Below are positions 8,759-17,029 of a stretch of DNA of 59,771 bases, one piece after another. A program made the translations under genes and the position numbers. The notes beneath the pieces were generated by a model that saw only the letters and a program-made list of their open reading frames with translations, was not told the DNA's origin and made no database searches. Positions within the stretch are counted from its first letter, which is position 1, and the number at the start of each line of letters is the position of its first letter. The stretch covers positions 1-59,771 of the forward strand of contig CABMCT010000029.1 of NCBI GenBank assembly GCA_902384675.1. Direction: 5' to 3'. The stretch is from an uncultured archaeon. Its GTDB lineage: Archaea > EX4484-52 > LFW-46.

Positions 8759-9851
8759 TCACCAGCATATTTTTCTTTTCGTCAAAAGAATGCTTCCTTA
8801 TGTTCCCGTTCTCATCAATCAGGTGCTCTATTTCGTCTTTTAGGATTTTTGGCCCTGAACCGACATTGCTTACAAACATTTTCTTTATTCCTGCGTTTTC
8901 AAGAATCTTTTTGACTTCAGCAACGTGCTTGTCAAGAGTAAATATTGTCGGATTTGGCCCTGCATCAAAGCTGTATCCTGCCTTTATTCCGTTTTGGTTC
9001 AATTCATGAATTGCGTAGATTACCTCTTTTGATGCGTCGTTTAAGTACATTATCGGAGGCCATGTGTCATGCATTGTTGCGTGCATGTCATTGCTATCCC
9101 GCATAGCAATTTCAAAGAGACGCGATGCGTCTTTTTTAAGTATGGCATCCTTTGACTCTTTGAGCACTTTTGGCAGGTATTCAAGCCTCTTTGAATAAAG
9201 AATGCTGTTTGCCACAGTATGCTTCATTCCAGCGCGAGATTTCACCTTTTTCTCGCCCGATTCTGCAACACCGACAACAATGCGGAAGTCAGGCCAGTGT
9301 TTTTCGTCTGCAATCTGCACTGCAAAAGAATCCGAGCCGTCTGCCTTCTCACCGCGCTTCCATTCTGCAAATCCCCCGTAAACTGAGCGGCATGCAGAAC
9401 CCGAGCCGAGTCTGCATAAAACAGAAAGTTCTGATATAGAGAGATTCATTCCAAGAGCATTTGTTGCTGCATAAGCCACTGCGGCAAGCCCTGCTGCAGA
9501 GCCTGCAAGCCCTCCTGCCACGGGTGTGACGCTATAAGAAACTACTTTTGCTTTCAACCTGATCTTTGCCATTTCGCGGATTATGTTAAGCTGCGGCATT
9601 ACTTTTTCCAGCTCTTCAGGCGTTGTTAATTGCTTGTTGTTTATCCAGATTTCGTCCTGCCTGAACTTGTCTGAGAACATAACAGTTGTTCGCGTCTTAA
9701 GCTGCTCATCAAGCGTGACCGAATTGCTTCCCTGCATCGGCAAGATTAGCTTTTCATCTCTTTTTCCCCAGTATTTTATGATGGCGATATTCGGGTTGGC
9801 TTCTGCTGTTGCGCGCAGTATTTTTGGCATATTTAGGATATGCGAAAACAA
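8748..9851 (-). CDS. mvaD: Diphosphomevalonate decarboxylase
   Basis: NIAIIKYWGKRD, RLGSGSACRS, KVKSRAGM and YSFDAGPN. Confidence 0.93.
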   Translation of the reverse strand: MFSHILNMPKILRATAEANPNIAIIKYWGKRDEKLILPMQGSNSVTLDEQLKTRTTVMFSDKFRQDEIWINNKQLTTPEELEKVMPQLNIIREMAKIRLKAKVVSYSVTPVAGGLAGSAAGLAAVAYAATNALGMNLSISELSVLCRLGSGSACRSVYGGFAEWKRGEKADGSDSFAVQIADEKHWPDFRIVVGVAESGEKKVKSRAGMKHTVANSILYSKRLEYLPKVLKESKDAILKKDASRLFEIAMRDSNDMHATMHDTWPPIMYLNDASKEVIYAIHELNQNGIKAGYSFDAGPNPTIFTLDKHVAEVKKILENAGIKKMFVSNVGSGPKILKDEIEHLIDENGNIRKHSFDEKKNMLVIEY

Positions 9852-9878
9852 AGATTTAAATATGATATGGCTCCTGAT

Positions 9879-10658
9879 TTAATTATCGTTGGGCATTAAG
9901 CTATCGCACAACTCATTTAAATCCCTGAACACGAAATCCGGCTTCTCGGTACGAAGAACGTGCGCAAATCCCATTCCTGTCAATACTGCTGCTGATTTGC
10001 ACCCTGCATTTTTTGCTGCGAGTATGTCATGCGCCGAATCGCCGATGTAAAGCATTTCTTTGGGTTTCACACCAAGAGTTTTTGCAACCAAAAGCAGGCC
10101 TTCAGGATCCGGCTTTTTGTTTTTCAGTTCTTCCTCCCCGATAATGCACTTGAAATATTTCCTTATCCCTATATCTTGGAGCCATTTTTCAGTAAGAGAA
10201 AGCCTGCTGTCTGTAAGAACTGCCAGCGTGTATTTTTTGGGAAGCGCTTCAATTACTTCTTTGACATAAGGCATTATTTTCGTGTATTTGCGCGATTCCG
10301 GATTTTCATAGAACCAGTAAACATACCGCTGCGCCATTCTCTCGATTAGCGCATCATCATCCGGCTTCGTATATGCTTTGATAATATTATGGACATACTC
10401 TTCTGCATCCTTTCTTTTTATAATATCCGCAAGGTTCTCGCCTGAGCGCGAAATGCAGAGAAGCGCCCGTAAAATGGCACGCCTCGGGTTCAGGTCTCCG
10501 AATCCGCGCAAGTGCCAGACACCCAATGTTTTGAAAGAATATTTCAATCCGAACTCTTCAAACACCTTCCTGAATACGAAGTCAAACGTTTCGGAAGTGT
10601 TTCGCAAAACTCCGCCGACATCAAAAACAATTGCTTTAATCATACTTTCTTTTTTCAC
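9879..10658 (-). CDS. HAD-superfamily hydrolase (phosphoglycolate-phosphatase-like)
   Basis: FDVGGVL, KKPDPEG and YIGDSAHDILAAKNAG. Confidence 0.88.
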   Translation of the reverse strand: MKKESMIKAIVFDVGGVLRNTSETFDFVFRKVFEEFGLKYSFKTLGVWHLRGFGDLNPRRAILRALLCISRSGENLADIIKRKDAEEYVHNIIKAYTKPDDDALIERMAQRYVYWFYENPESRKYTKIMPYVKEVIEALPKKYTLAVLTDSRLSLTEKWLQDIGIRKYFKCIIGEEELKNKKPDPEGLLLVAKTLGVKPKEMLYIGDSAHDILAAKNAGCKSAAVLTGMGFAHVLRTEKPDFVFRDLNELCDSLMPNDN

Positions 10659-10667
10659 AAAATCATC

Positions 10668-11702
10668 TTACTTCGCTTCCGCGTTGTTCGAAGCTTTTGA
10701 ACTTTCGCTCAAAACTCCACGCCCCCCGATTTCTGCCTTGAATGCCTCAACTCCGGTTGATTCTATGGCTTTTAGAACCTTGCCGGCATCCTTTTCTTTT
10801 GCCAGTGCAAACATGATGCCGCCCCATCCGGAGCCGGAAAGCTTTGCTCCAAGGGCTCCTGCTTTTCTTGCCTCCTCGATACAGTCGTCAAGCTTCGGGT
10901 GAGAGACGCCCAAAGAGGATAAAAGTTCCTGGTTTTTGTTCATCAGCTTTCCGAGTTTTGCTTCGTCATTTTTTGCAATGGCGGATTCTGCGGCTTTGCA
11001 AATCTCCTCCATTTCGTCGAAAATGCCGAAAACAAAGTCTTTTTTCCGCGCAATAAGGCTTGGCAAATGGTATTTGACAGAAAGCGAGGTCGGGGATGAA
11101 ATTCTTGTGTTGCCTACAACAATCGAGAATTTATGCGTGCCCAGCTGCTGCCAGTCCAGGGATGTTTTCCCTTCTGCCTCAATCTTCTGTATTCTGTTGA
11201 ACCCGCCAAGCGCGCTTGAAATAATCTCGGCGCCCGACGCCCTTCCGCCGTGCACTTTAACCTGCATGGGATAAATATAATCGAAATATTTCTCCGGAGG
11301 GATTTGCTTTCCTGCAAAAGAGCTTACCGCTTTAAAGGCTGCACAAAGCAATGCGGTTGAGCTGCTCATTCCTGAATTTACAGGGACCTTTGAAGATATT
11401 TTCAGCTCAAGACCTTTTTTTATTCCGAGTTTTGGTACAAGCATTTCAAGAAAATCAAATGTTGTAGAAAGTTCAGAGGCTTCAAATCGTTTGTTTACAA
11501 GGGTGTTGCCTTTAATTTCCGAGCTTCCTTTGCCGAAGCTGTCCGAGTCCACAAGAACTTTTGTGTCATTTCTCTCTTTTACCTCTACATAAGTCCTTCT
11601 GTCGACCGCTGCGCAGATTGCAGGCTTCCCATAAGCTGCGGCGTATTCCCCGAAGAAAAAAATGTTTCCCGGCGCAGATGCCTCAAAAACTCTCTGTTCC
11701 AT
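10668..11702 (-). CDS. mvk: Mevalonate kinase-like GHMP kinase with divergent catalytic motifs
   Basis: SAPGNIFFFGEYAAAYGKPAI, PVNSGMSSSTA, SGAE and AKLSGSGWGG; first gene of the MVA cluster. Confidence 0.72.
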   Translation of the reverse strand: MEQRVFEASAPGNIFFFGEYAAAYGKPAICAAVDRRTYVEVKERNDTKVLVDSDSFGKGSSEIKGNTLVNKRFEASELSTTFDFLEMLVPKLGIKKGLELKISSKVPVNSGMSSSTALLCAAFKAVSSFAGKQIPPEKYFDYIYPMQVKVHGGRASGAEIISSALGGFNRIQKIEAEGKTSLDWQQLGTHKFSIVVGNTRISSPTSLSVKYHLPSLIARKKDFVFGIFDEMEEICKAAESAIAKNDEAKLGKLMNKNQELLSSLGVSHPKLDDCIEEARKAGALGAKLSGSGWGGIMFALAKEKDAGKVLKAIESTGVEAFKAEIGGRGVLSESSKASNNAEAK

Positions 11703-11760
11703 GAAACAAATTGGGAAATTAACAATTTATATACATTTTGCATTGCCACGAGAGGGACCC

Positions 11761-14478
11761 TTACCACCATTTAAGTGCGGAAAGAAAACCTTTCAGTGCA
11801 GAAAGATAGCCTTTGCGCAGGGCGTAATACCCTCCTGCCAGTATTGCTCCTATTGCGGTTGCTATCACGCCAGGGTTTTGAGCAGCTTTTAAAAGAAGAT
11901 TGCCTGTCGGCATCCCATCTGTGACTTCTATCTTTTTGAGCAAACTGTCCTCCCCGCCTTTTGTCTGCACCACGGCCCGAAGAGTTTTTGTGCCGGAGGA
12001 ATTGAACTTATAGACAAATGTGAAAACCGCGTCTCCGCTGATAAGCGTCTGCTTTCGCCCCACTTCTACATTATCTGCAAATAGGATCAATGATGCCTCG
12101 CCCGGCTTTAGCACCCTTACAGACACTCTTAACGCGACAGGGACATTCACACGCGCACTCTCATTAGGGGAGATATCAAGTATTTTTGCCCCGGCACCGC
12201 TATTGTCAGCAGCCTGCATCGATGCGCTTTCTTTTGTAACTACGTTTATTGATTTGCTGAAGTCCGAGCCGGAATCATTAAACCAGAGGTATACTAAATG
12301 ATTTCCTGCAGCTGAAAGCACCTGCGAATAATTGAAGCACGGCGCAGGTACGGTTACTGCCTCACTGCCCTTTAAAACTGTGTCAAGATATACATCGACT
12401 GTGCTGTTTTTATTGAGTTTTGCGACGCATCCGGATATGGCGAGCACATCTCCCGAATTTATGGAATCCGGGACGGACATATTTGAAAAGTATGCATTCT
12501 TGTTATCGCCGCTTGATGTGAGTGTGTAGCTTCCTCCACCGCCACCTCCTCCACCCCCGCCGCCGGAGCCAGATGAGCCCGTGCTTCCGGAGGGTGTTGA
12601 AACCTGCTGCTGGGCAGGGTCTATGCTAACATTTCCTGCTACGATATTGTCGCCTGGGAAAGAGTCATTTGTAAGGTTGGCGAAAAGTGTGAGGGTATGA
12701 TTTCCGGCTACTGCAGTCCAGTTAAAGCCGACTGTTTTGGTTTCCTGTGCCGAAAGGTTAAAGTATTTTGTTTCTGTGGTTGCATTATCCACCAGGAATA
12801 CTACAGGTACGTTTTCTTCGCTTGTAGATACCTTGTTCTTTAAATTTGTTGAAACCGAAGCGAGAGACCCGGCAGCAGATACATTAAGTGCAATCGATAT
12901 TCCGTTAAGCGAAACATCGTGCAAAGTTCCGTTCTGTGTTGTATTCGTTATATTGGTAGTATTGGAAGCGGAAGTGCTTGCGTTAACTGTTATTGATATT
13001 TCTTTGGAATTCCCGGAGGTATCGTTTGCCCTTGCATATATTGTGTTCAGGCCGGGCACAAGCGTTACCGGCATGCTCCATGAAGTTGTCCCTGAAACGC
13101 TTTGCCAGTCTCCTGTTCCAAGCCTTGCCTGTACCGTATCGAGGCCGGTATTATCCGAAGCGGTTCCGGTGACTGTGATGTTTCCGACAGGAAGCGCCTG
13201 GCCATCTGCCGGGTAGGTGATATTTACAACTGGAGGCGTTGTATCTGCCACGTTCTCCGAAACCCTAAGCGTTGTTGTGGCAGTTTCCTGCGGATTGCTG
13301 ACAGTAAAGCATCTCACATCATCTGCGGTTCCAGAAATCAAAGCAGTGTAATTTCCTGCAACAGCGGGCGTCCAGGTGAAATTGAATGTTGCCGGCGTGG
13401 AATTGTCCGGGTTTGCAGGTAGGCTGACTAAAGGCTGCACCATGACAGTGTCTCCTGTGCTGTTTGTTATCAAATATGTAGCCCGTGTTTTAACAGGCGC
13501 CAGATTATAATTCGGGTCCCAGATATCGTAGCTGTTTGCATAATTGCTGATTTTATTAAAAGTAAATGTTAGCGGTTCGTTTGCTTTTGGGTGCGGCGCA
13601 GAGTAAGATAATCCGTTGATTAATGTGTAGCAGGCATTTTTCGGGGCAGTTGCCCAGACCTTGAATACCTTTAGCTGCGTCTGCGGAATAACCGAATCCT
13701 GAACGCATTTTGCATCAGGAACGCCTGTTGTGACAGAGGCAGTATACGTTCCTTCGGTTGTCGGAGTCCAGATGAAGCGCACATGCTTTGAGCCGCTGTA
13801 CGGAATCAGCATATAAGTAGTATTGGTGTTGACCATATCGCCGTTGCCGTTTTTTATAACCAGAGTAACGCTTGTATTTACAGAATAGTGTGGATCAAGA
13901 AGCGGCGGGGCATATTCAAGAGGCCCGGCAGACTTTATGGCAGCAAAAGTATCTGCATCAAGGGTTGCGTTCATATCTATTACAAGAGGAATGTTCTTGT
14001 AAACATCATTTAAGACAGTGAAATTCATTATTGGCGCTGTGCAGGATTTTTTCTTTGCAAGATAATAAGTGCGCGCAGAAGCAGTTCCTGACCCGCTCCA
14101 GTTGGCCTTTACTTCATAAGGTATGTATCCGTCCTTATAGATATAGACACCGTAGCCAAAAGATGATTGCAACGTCGTGGGGTATGTAATATTCATGTTG
14201 CTTGAACTTCCTGCGGACAGCACCGGAGGATTACTTACGTCGGCGAGGCTTCCTGAAGAAATGTCCAGGCCGGAGCTTACTGTAGAGCAGTTTGCGGAGG
14301 AGCATAAAAATCCTATGGCACTTGCACCTGTAACAGGTATAGCAGTATCATTGACGACGCCTGATGATGATATTTCCCGGTACCTGATATTGGCAGGTAC
14401 AGTCACTGCTGCATGTGCTATTGAAACTGTTACAAAAAACGCTACTATGGCAAACAATACGATATTTTTTGATGACAT
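11761..14478 (-). CDS. Large secreted/surface glycoprotein with Ig/CARDB-like beta repeats, a Gly/Ser linker and a C-terminal membrane anchor
   Basis: Start reassigned to ATG 14478 (GGAGG site, MSSKNIVLFAIVAFF signal peptide). Has DTTPPVVNITYP, many N-X-S/T sequons and a C-terminal TM followed by a basic tail. Confidence 0.8.
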   Translation of the reverse strand: MSSKNIVLFAIVAFFVTVSIAHAAVTVPANIRYREISSSGVVNDTAIPVTGASAIGFLCSSANCSTVSSGLDISSGSLADVSNPPVLSAGSSSNMNITYPTTLQSSFGYGVYIYKDGYIPYEVKANWSGSGTASARTYYLAKKKSCTAPIMNFTVLNDVYKNIPLVIDMNATLDADTFAAIKSAGPLEYAPPLLDPHYSVNTSVTLVIKNGNGDMVNTNTTYMLIPYSGSKHVRFIWTPTTEGTYTASVTTGVPDAKCVQDSVIPQTQLKVFKVWATAPKNACYTLINGLSYSAPHPKANEPLTFTFNKISNYANSYDIWDPNYNLAPVKTRATYLITNSTGDTVMVQPLVSLPANPDNSTPATFNFTWTPAVAGNYTALISGTADDVRCFTVSNPQETATTTLRVSENVADTTPPVVNITYPADGQALPVGNITVTGTASDNTGLDTVQARLGTGDWQSVSGTTSWSMPVTLVPGLNTIYARANDTSGNSKEISITVNASTSASNTTNITNTTQNGTLHDVSLNGISIALNVSAAGSLASVSTNLKNKVSTSEENVPVVFLVDNATTETKYFNLSAQETKTVGFNWTAVAGNHTLTLFANLTNDSFPGDNIVAGNVSIDPAQQQVSTPSGSTGSSGSGGGGGGGGGGGSYTLTSSGDNKNAYFSNMSVPDSINSGDVLAISGCVAKLNKNSTVDVYLDTVLKGSEAVTVPAPCFNYSQVLSAAGNHLVYLWFNDSGSDFSKSINVVTKESASMQAADNSGAGAKILDISPNESARVNVPVALRVSVRVLKPGEASLILFADNVEVGRKQTLISGDAVFTFVYKFNSSGTKTLRAVVQTKGGEDSLLKKIEVTDGMPTGNLLLKAAQNPGVIATAIGAILAGGYYALRKGYLSALKGFLSALKWW

Positions 14479-14479
14479 T

Positions 14480-15784
14480 TTAACCTCCTCCGCTTCCACC
14501 TTCTTCTCCGCCGGATATTCCTCCGCCATCACTTCCCCCGGAAGATGGCGAACCTCCTCCGCTGCTTGAGCCCGAAGAGCTGCTACCACCGCCTCCCACC
14601 GAGCCGCTTCCGGTATACAGTCCCGCGTCTCCGATTATTTTTAGCATGTTATCGGCAGAATTATCTTCAAGGCGCCCCTTTGCAGTATTTATGCCAACCG
14701 CAATATAGTTATCGCCCTTTGATGTGGCGTGGTCTACAGCGACTTTTCCCTGATTTCTTAGAACAAGCGCAGGGGTTGGGGGGGTATAGTCTCCCTGAAT
14801 CTTTTTTACAATGTATACGTTTGAAGCGCTATCCTTTACGGCCTGGGCGTACATCGCTTCTAAGGCATCTGAGAAGTGCATGCTTGATGAAACATTAGCC
14901 TTCGCAGCGGCAGGGGATTTGCCAGAAGTATTAGGGACAATTTTGTAAAGAGCTCCGTAAGATGTTCTTTGGACTTCGGTAATTGTCTGCGTCGGCTCAA
15001 GAAATATGTCTACAGGAAGGTCCTGGAGAGAATATTTGCTGAAATTTTGCGGTACACCGCCCCATGCGTCGCTAAGTAATCCGTTAATTTTTGCGCGGTC
15101 TGTGTAATTGATTTTGTGTATGTGGTTATTGCCGTATATCGTAAGGATGCCGCTGCTTGCAGGGTTGGTTGGCGTTACAGAAGGCGCGTAAGCAGGGGTT
15201 TCAGTCGGAGTGATGACTGGAGTTTCCTGAGGGATTATGGCCGGTGTACTTGTAATATTATTGTCATTCGCCGTATGGTTGTCTCCCTGGCCGTTTACGT
15301 TGTGCCCCGTGCAGCCAGAAATTGTAACAATGGCACCGACTCCGAAAGCAAGCCCAAGTGCTTTTAGAATCCCATACGGAGACACGCTCGCTGCAATATT
15401 ATGTGAAAATGTGGGTCTGCTGGCCCTATCGATTGCTAGTTGTACATCGATATTCTCTGTATGCGTGTCTGGTGTGTCAGCCGATCTTTCATTTACCTGT
15501 GCTACTATTTCCTTAAAGCATAAATCATATTCTGCGTTCAGTTGCTGAATGTATTTCTCAAGTTCTATGCGGCGTTCTTGAGGATTAACACTACTCAATT
15601 CTTCTGCCTTTGTTTTAACCGCATTGAAATAGGTATTATTCAAATCACGGACTGGTCCATAAAAAAAGGAAAGAGATAAGCCATTTGTTGCAGGGTTTTT
15701 TAGCACAGATTTAGAAACTGTTGAGCCTACTTCATTGCATACCTTTGTCCAAATGGTGTCTCCTATTTCATAAAGCGTTCTCAT
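14480..15784 (-). CDS. Membrane-anchored/lipoprotein-like protein with a Pro/Thr linker and Gly/Ser tail, unknown function
   Basis: 434 aa. A hydrophobic helix ending ISGC lies about 140-158 aa in, followed by ETPVITPTETP repeats and a GGS tail. Confidence 0.7.
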   Translation of the reverse strand: MRTLYEIGDTIWTKVCNEVGSTVSKSVLKNPATNGLSLSFFYGPVRDLNNTYFNAVKTKAEELSSVNPQERRIELEKYIQQLNAEYDLCFKEIVAQVNERSADTPDTHTENIDVQLAIDRASRPTFSHNIAASVSPYGILKALGLAFGVGAIVTISGCTGHNVNGQGDNHTANDNNITSTPAIIPQETPVITPTETPAYAPSVTPTNPASSGILTIYGNNHIHKINYTDRAKINGLLSDAWGGVPQNFSKYSLQDLPVDIFLEPTQTITEVQRTSYGALYKIVPNTSGKSPAAAKANVSSSMHFSDALEAMYAQAVKDSASNVYIVKKIQGDYTPPTPALVLRNQGKVAVDHATSKGDNYIAVGINTAKGRLEDNSADNMLKIIGDAGLYTGSGSVGGGGSSSSGSSSGGGSPSSGGSDGGGISGGEEGGSGGG

Positions 15785-16099
15785 TTCATCACCATGAACT
15801 GTTATTTTTCTCTTCCAGCGCAGCGCTTATGCCACGGCAAATAAATTGAAGCAAAACCGACTTGCGCCGTAATTACTCCTTCCAAAACAGTATTTAAAGT
15901 TTTAGGCAGTTTTATGAGGGATTACGACACCTGTCGGTCATGAGAAATCGTCTGGAATCTAAATGCCACTAACAGAAGAAGCAGTTTTAACAAGTCCAGA
16001 ATCTATTATGGGCTTTGCAAGATGGCAATTGTCGAGAGCAAAGCCTATTCCGGATAGAAAGTCCAGGGAACTGAAGGATGGGTTCCAAGAAAACAGGAT

Positions 16100-16375
16100 T
16101 TATTCCTGCACGCCTTCAGCCATTGGAGCGGATATGTGCTTTATTATAATGATATCGTTTATTGCCTTTATCAGTGGGTAAGGAACAATAACGCCGCGCT
16201 TTCCGCCGACGACTTCAGAAAGATACGAGCCTTTTGCCACGTTTACGACAACCGCATGCACCCTGAATTTTGTCAGGTCGAGAATCACATCCTCGGTTTT
16301 GCCGCAATACAGACCTTTGTCCGTGAAAATATCTTTCCCTCTTATGTCGCTTACGACTCGTTCATTTACAACCAT
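16100..16375 (-). CDS. PRC-barrel protein, similar to archaeal CdpB cell-division proteins
   Basis: GKDIFTDKGLYCGKTEDVILD...GKRGVIVPYPLIKAINDIIII is a single PRC-barrel pattern. Confidence 0.8.
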   Translation of the reverse strand: MVVNERVVSDIRGKDIFTDKGLYCGKTEDVILDLTKFRVHAVVVNVAKGSYLSEVVGGKRGVIVPYPLIKAINDIIIIKHISAPMAEGVQE

Positions 16376-16402
16376 TTTTTATCATCTCTTTAAGCATTAG
16401 AT

Positions 16403-16650
16403 AAAAATCCTGCCACTTACGTGGCAAGCTTTTGGGGATTTTTCAGCTTCGCTGAAAAAGCCTAGAGCGCAACGCCTTATGGTTAACAAGGCGAAGCGAA
16501 CGGATTTTGAACCATTGACTTAATGCATTGGGTTCAAAAGCTTGGAACTTAGTTCCATGATTTTTCGCCATCAATCTATGCTGTGGGCGAAAACAGCTTG
16601 ACACAAAGTGTCATGATTTTGAACCATATAAATTATGCACTGGGTTAAAT
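16403..16650 (+). repeat. Modular palindromic repeat array (longest collinear copy)
   Basis: Alternating hairpins: three CCA...ATGC..TGGG stems, two (A)AGCTTG-stem-CATGATTTT modules, one AAAAGCC...GAACGGATTTT module and one inverted module at 16403-16434. Confidence 0.9.
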
Positions 16651-16698
16651 GATTCCACCACTTAATATACTATTTAAATGTTATTTAAAGCTTAAATA

Positions 16699-16710
16699 CT
16701 TTATATAAAT
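16699..16710 (+). promoter_or_regulatory. TATA box of tRNA-Ser
   Basis: CTTTATATAAAT ending about 22 nt before the tRNA 5' end. Confidence 0.7.
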
Positions 16711-16731
16711 CGGTTAATTGCACATTTAAAT

Positions 16732-16929
16732 GCTGGGATCGCCTAGTGGTATGGCGCTAGCCTGCTAAGCTAGTGGGTTCTGCCCGCGTGAGTTCAAACC
16801 GGTTTTTCGGATAAAAGAGATTTATTCCGCCCTCGCGAAGCGAGGTCGGTGGTTCTTTCTTTTCTACCCGGATTTGTCTATTCTTTCTTACAAGAAAGAA
16901 AAGAAACCGTGAAAATCTCACTCCCAGCG
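16732..16929 (+). tRNA. tRNA-Ser(GCT), intron-containing, CCA not encoded
   Basis: Acceptor GCTGGGA/TCCCAGC, discriminator G, anticodon arm CTAGC-CTGCTAA-GCTAG (GCT at 16764-16766), long variable arm and T stem GTGAG/CTCAC. Confidence 0.95.
16799..16915 (+). other. 117-nt tRNA intron at position 59/60 (T loop)
   Basis: Strict BHB: GTGAG-TTCA-AA|C-CGGTTT pairs with AAACCG-TGAA-AA|T-CTCAC. Removal restores the TTCAAAT T loop. Confidence 0.92.
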
Positions 16930-16961
16930 CTTATATACTTTATCTAAAAAATAGTATCATG

Positions 16962-17022
16962 AAAATCATCTCGTTCGCTGCCCGCGAACTCCAAGCTTTT
17001 TATTTTTGCGATGCACGAGGTG
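16962..17022 (-). repeat. Repeat-family module in the alg14-like leader
   Basis: AAAATCATCTCGTTCGC-tgccc-GCGAACTCCAAGCTTTT, then ATGCA and GAGGTG. Near-identical to 30692-30750. Confidence 0.8.
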
Positions 17023-17029
17023 GGCAAAA

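Noticed and set aside
12532-12592. Poly-Gly/Ser codon repeats here and at 14483-14610
   Set aside because: Ordinary low-complexity linkers in surface proteins, with no sign of a hypervariable repeat system.
14478-14589. N-terminal extension of the 942-aa ORF (likewise the track starts at 17006, 17493, 39611 and 56475)
   Set aside because: These extensions overlap the upstream gene or lie in repeat sequence. Most downstream ATGs have a clear ribosome site, signal peptide or required N-terminal motif; 56388 is the least certain.
15963-16181. 72-aa plus-strand ORF
   Set aside because: It overlaps the PRC-barrel gene antisense by 82 nt, with no motif and no clear ribosome site; not supportable.
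16403-16650. CRISPR array interpretation of the repeat cluster
   Set aside because: Units are not identical direct repeats with unique spacers of constant length; stems vary with compensation, and no cas genes are in the window.
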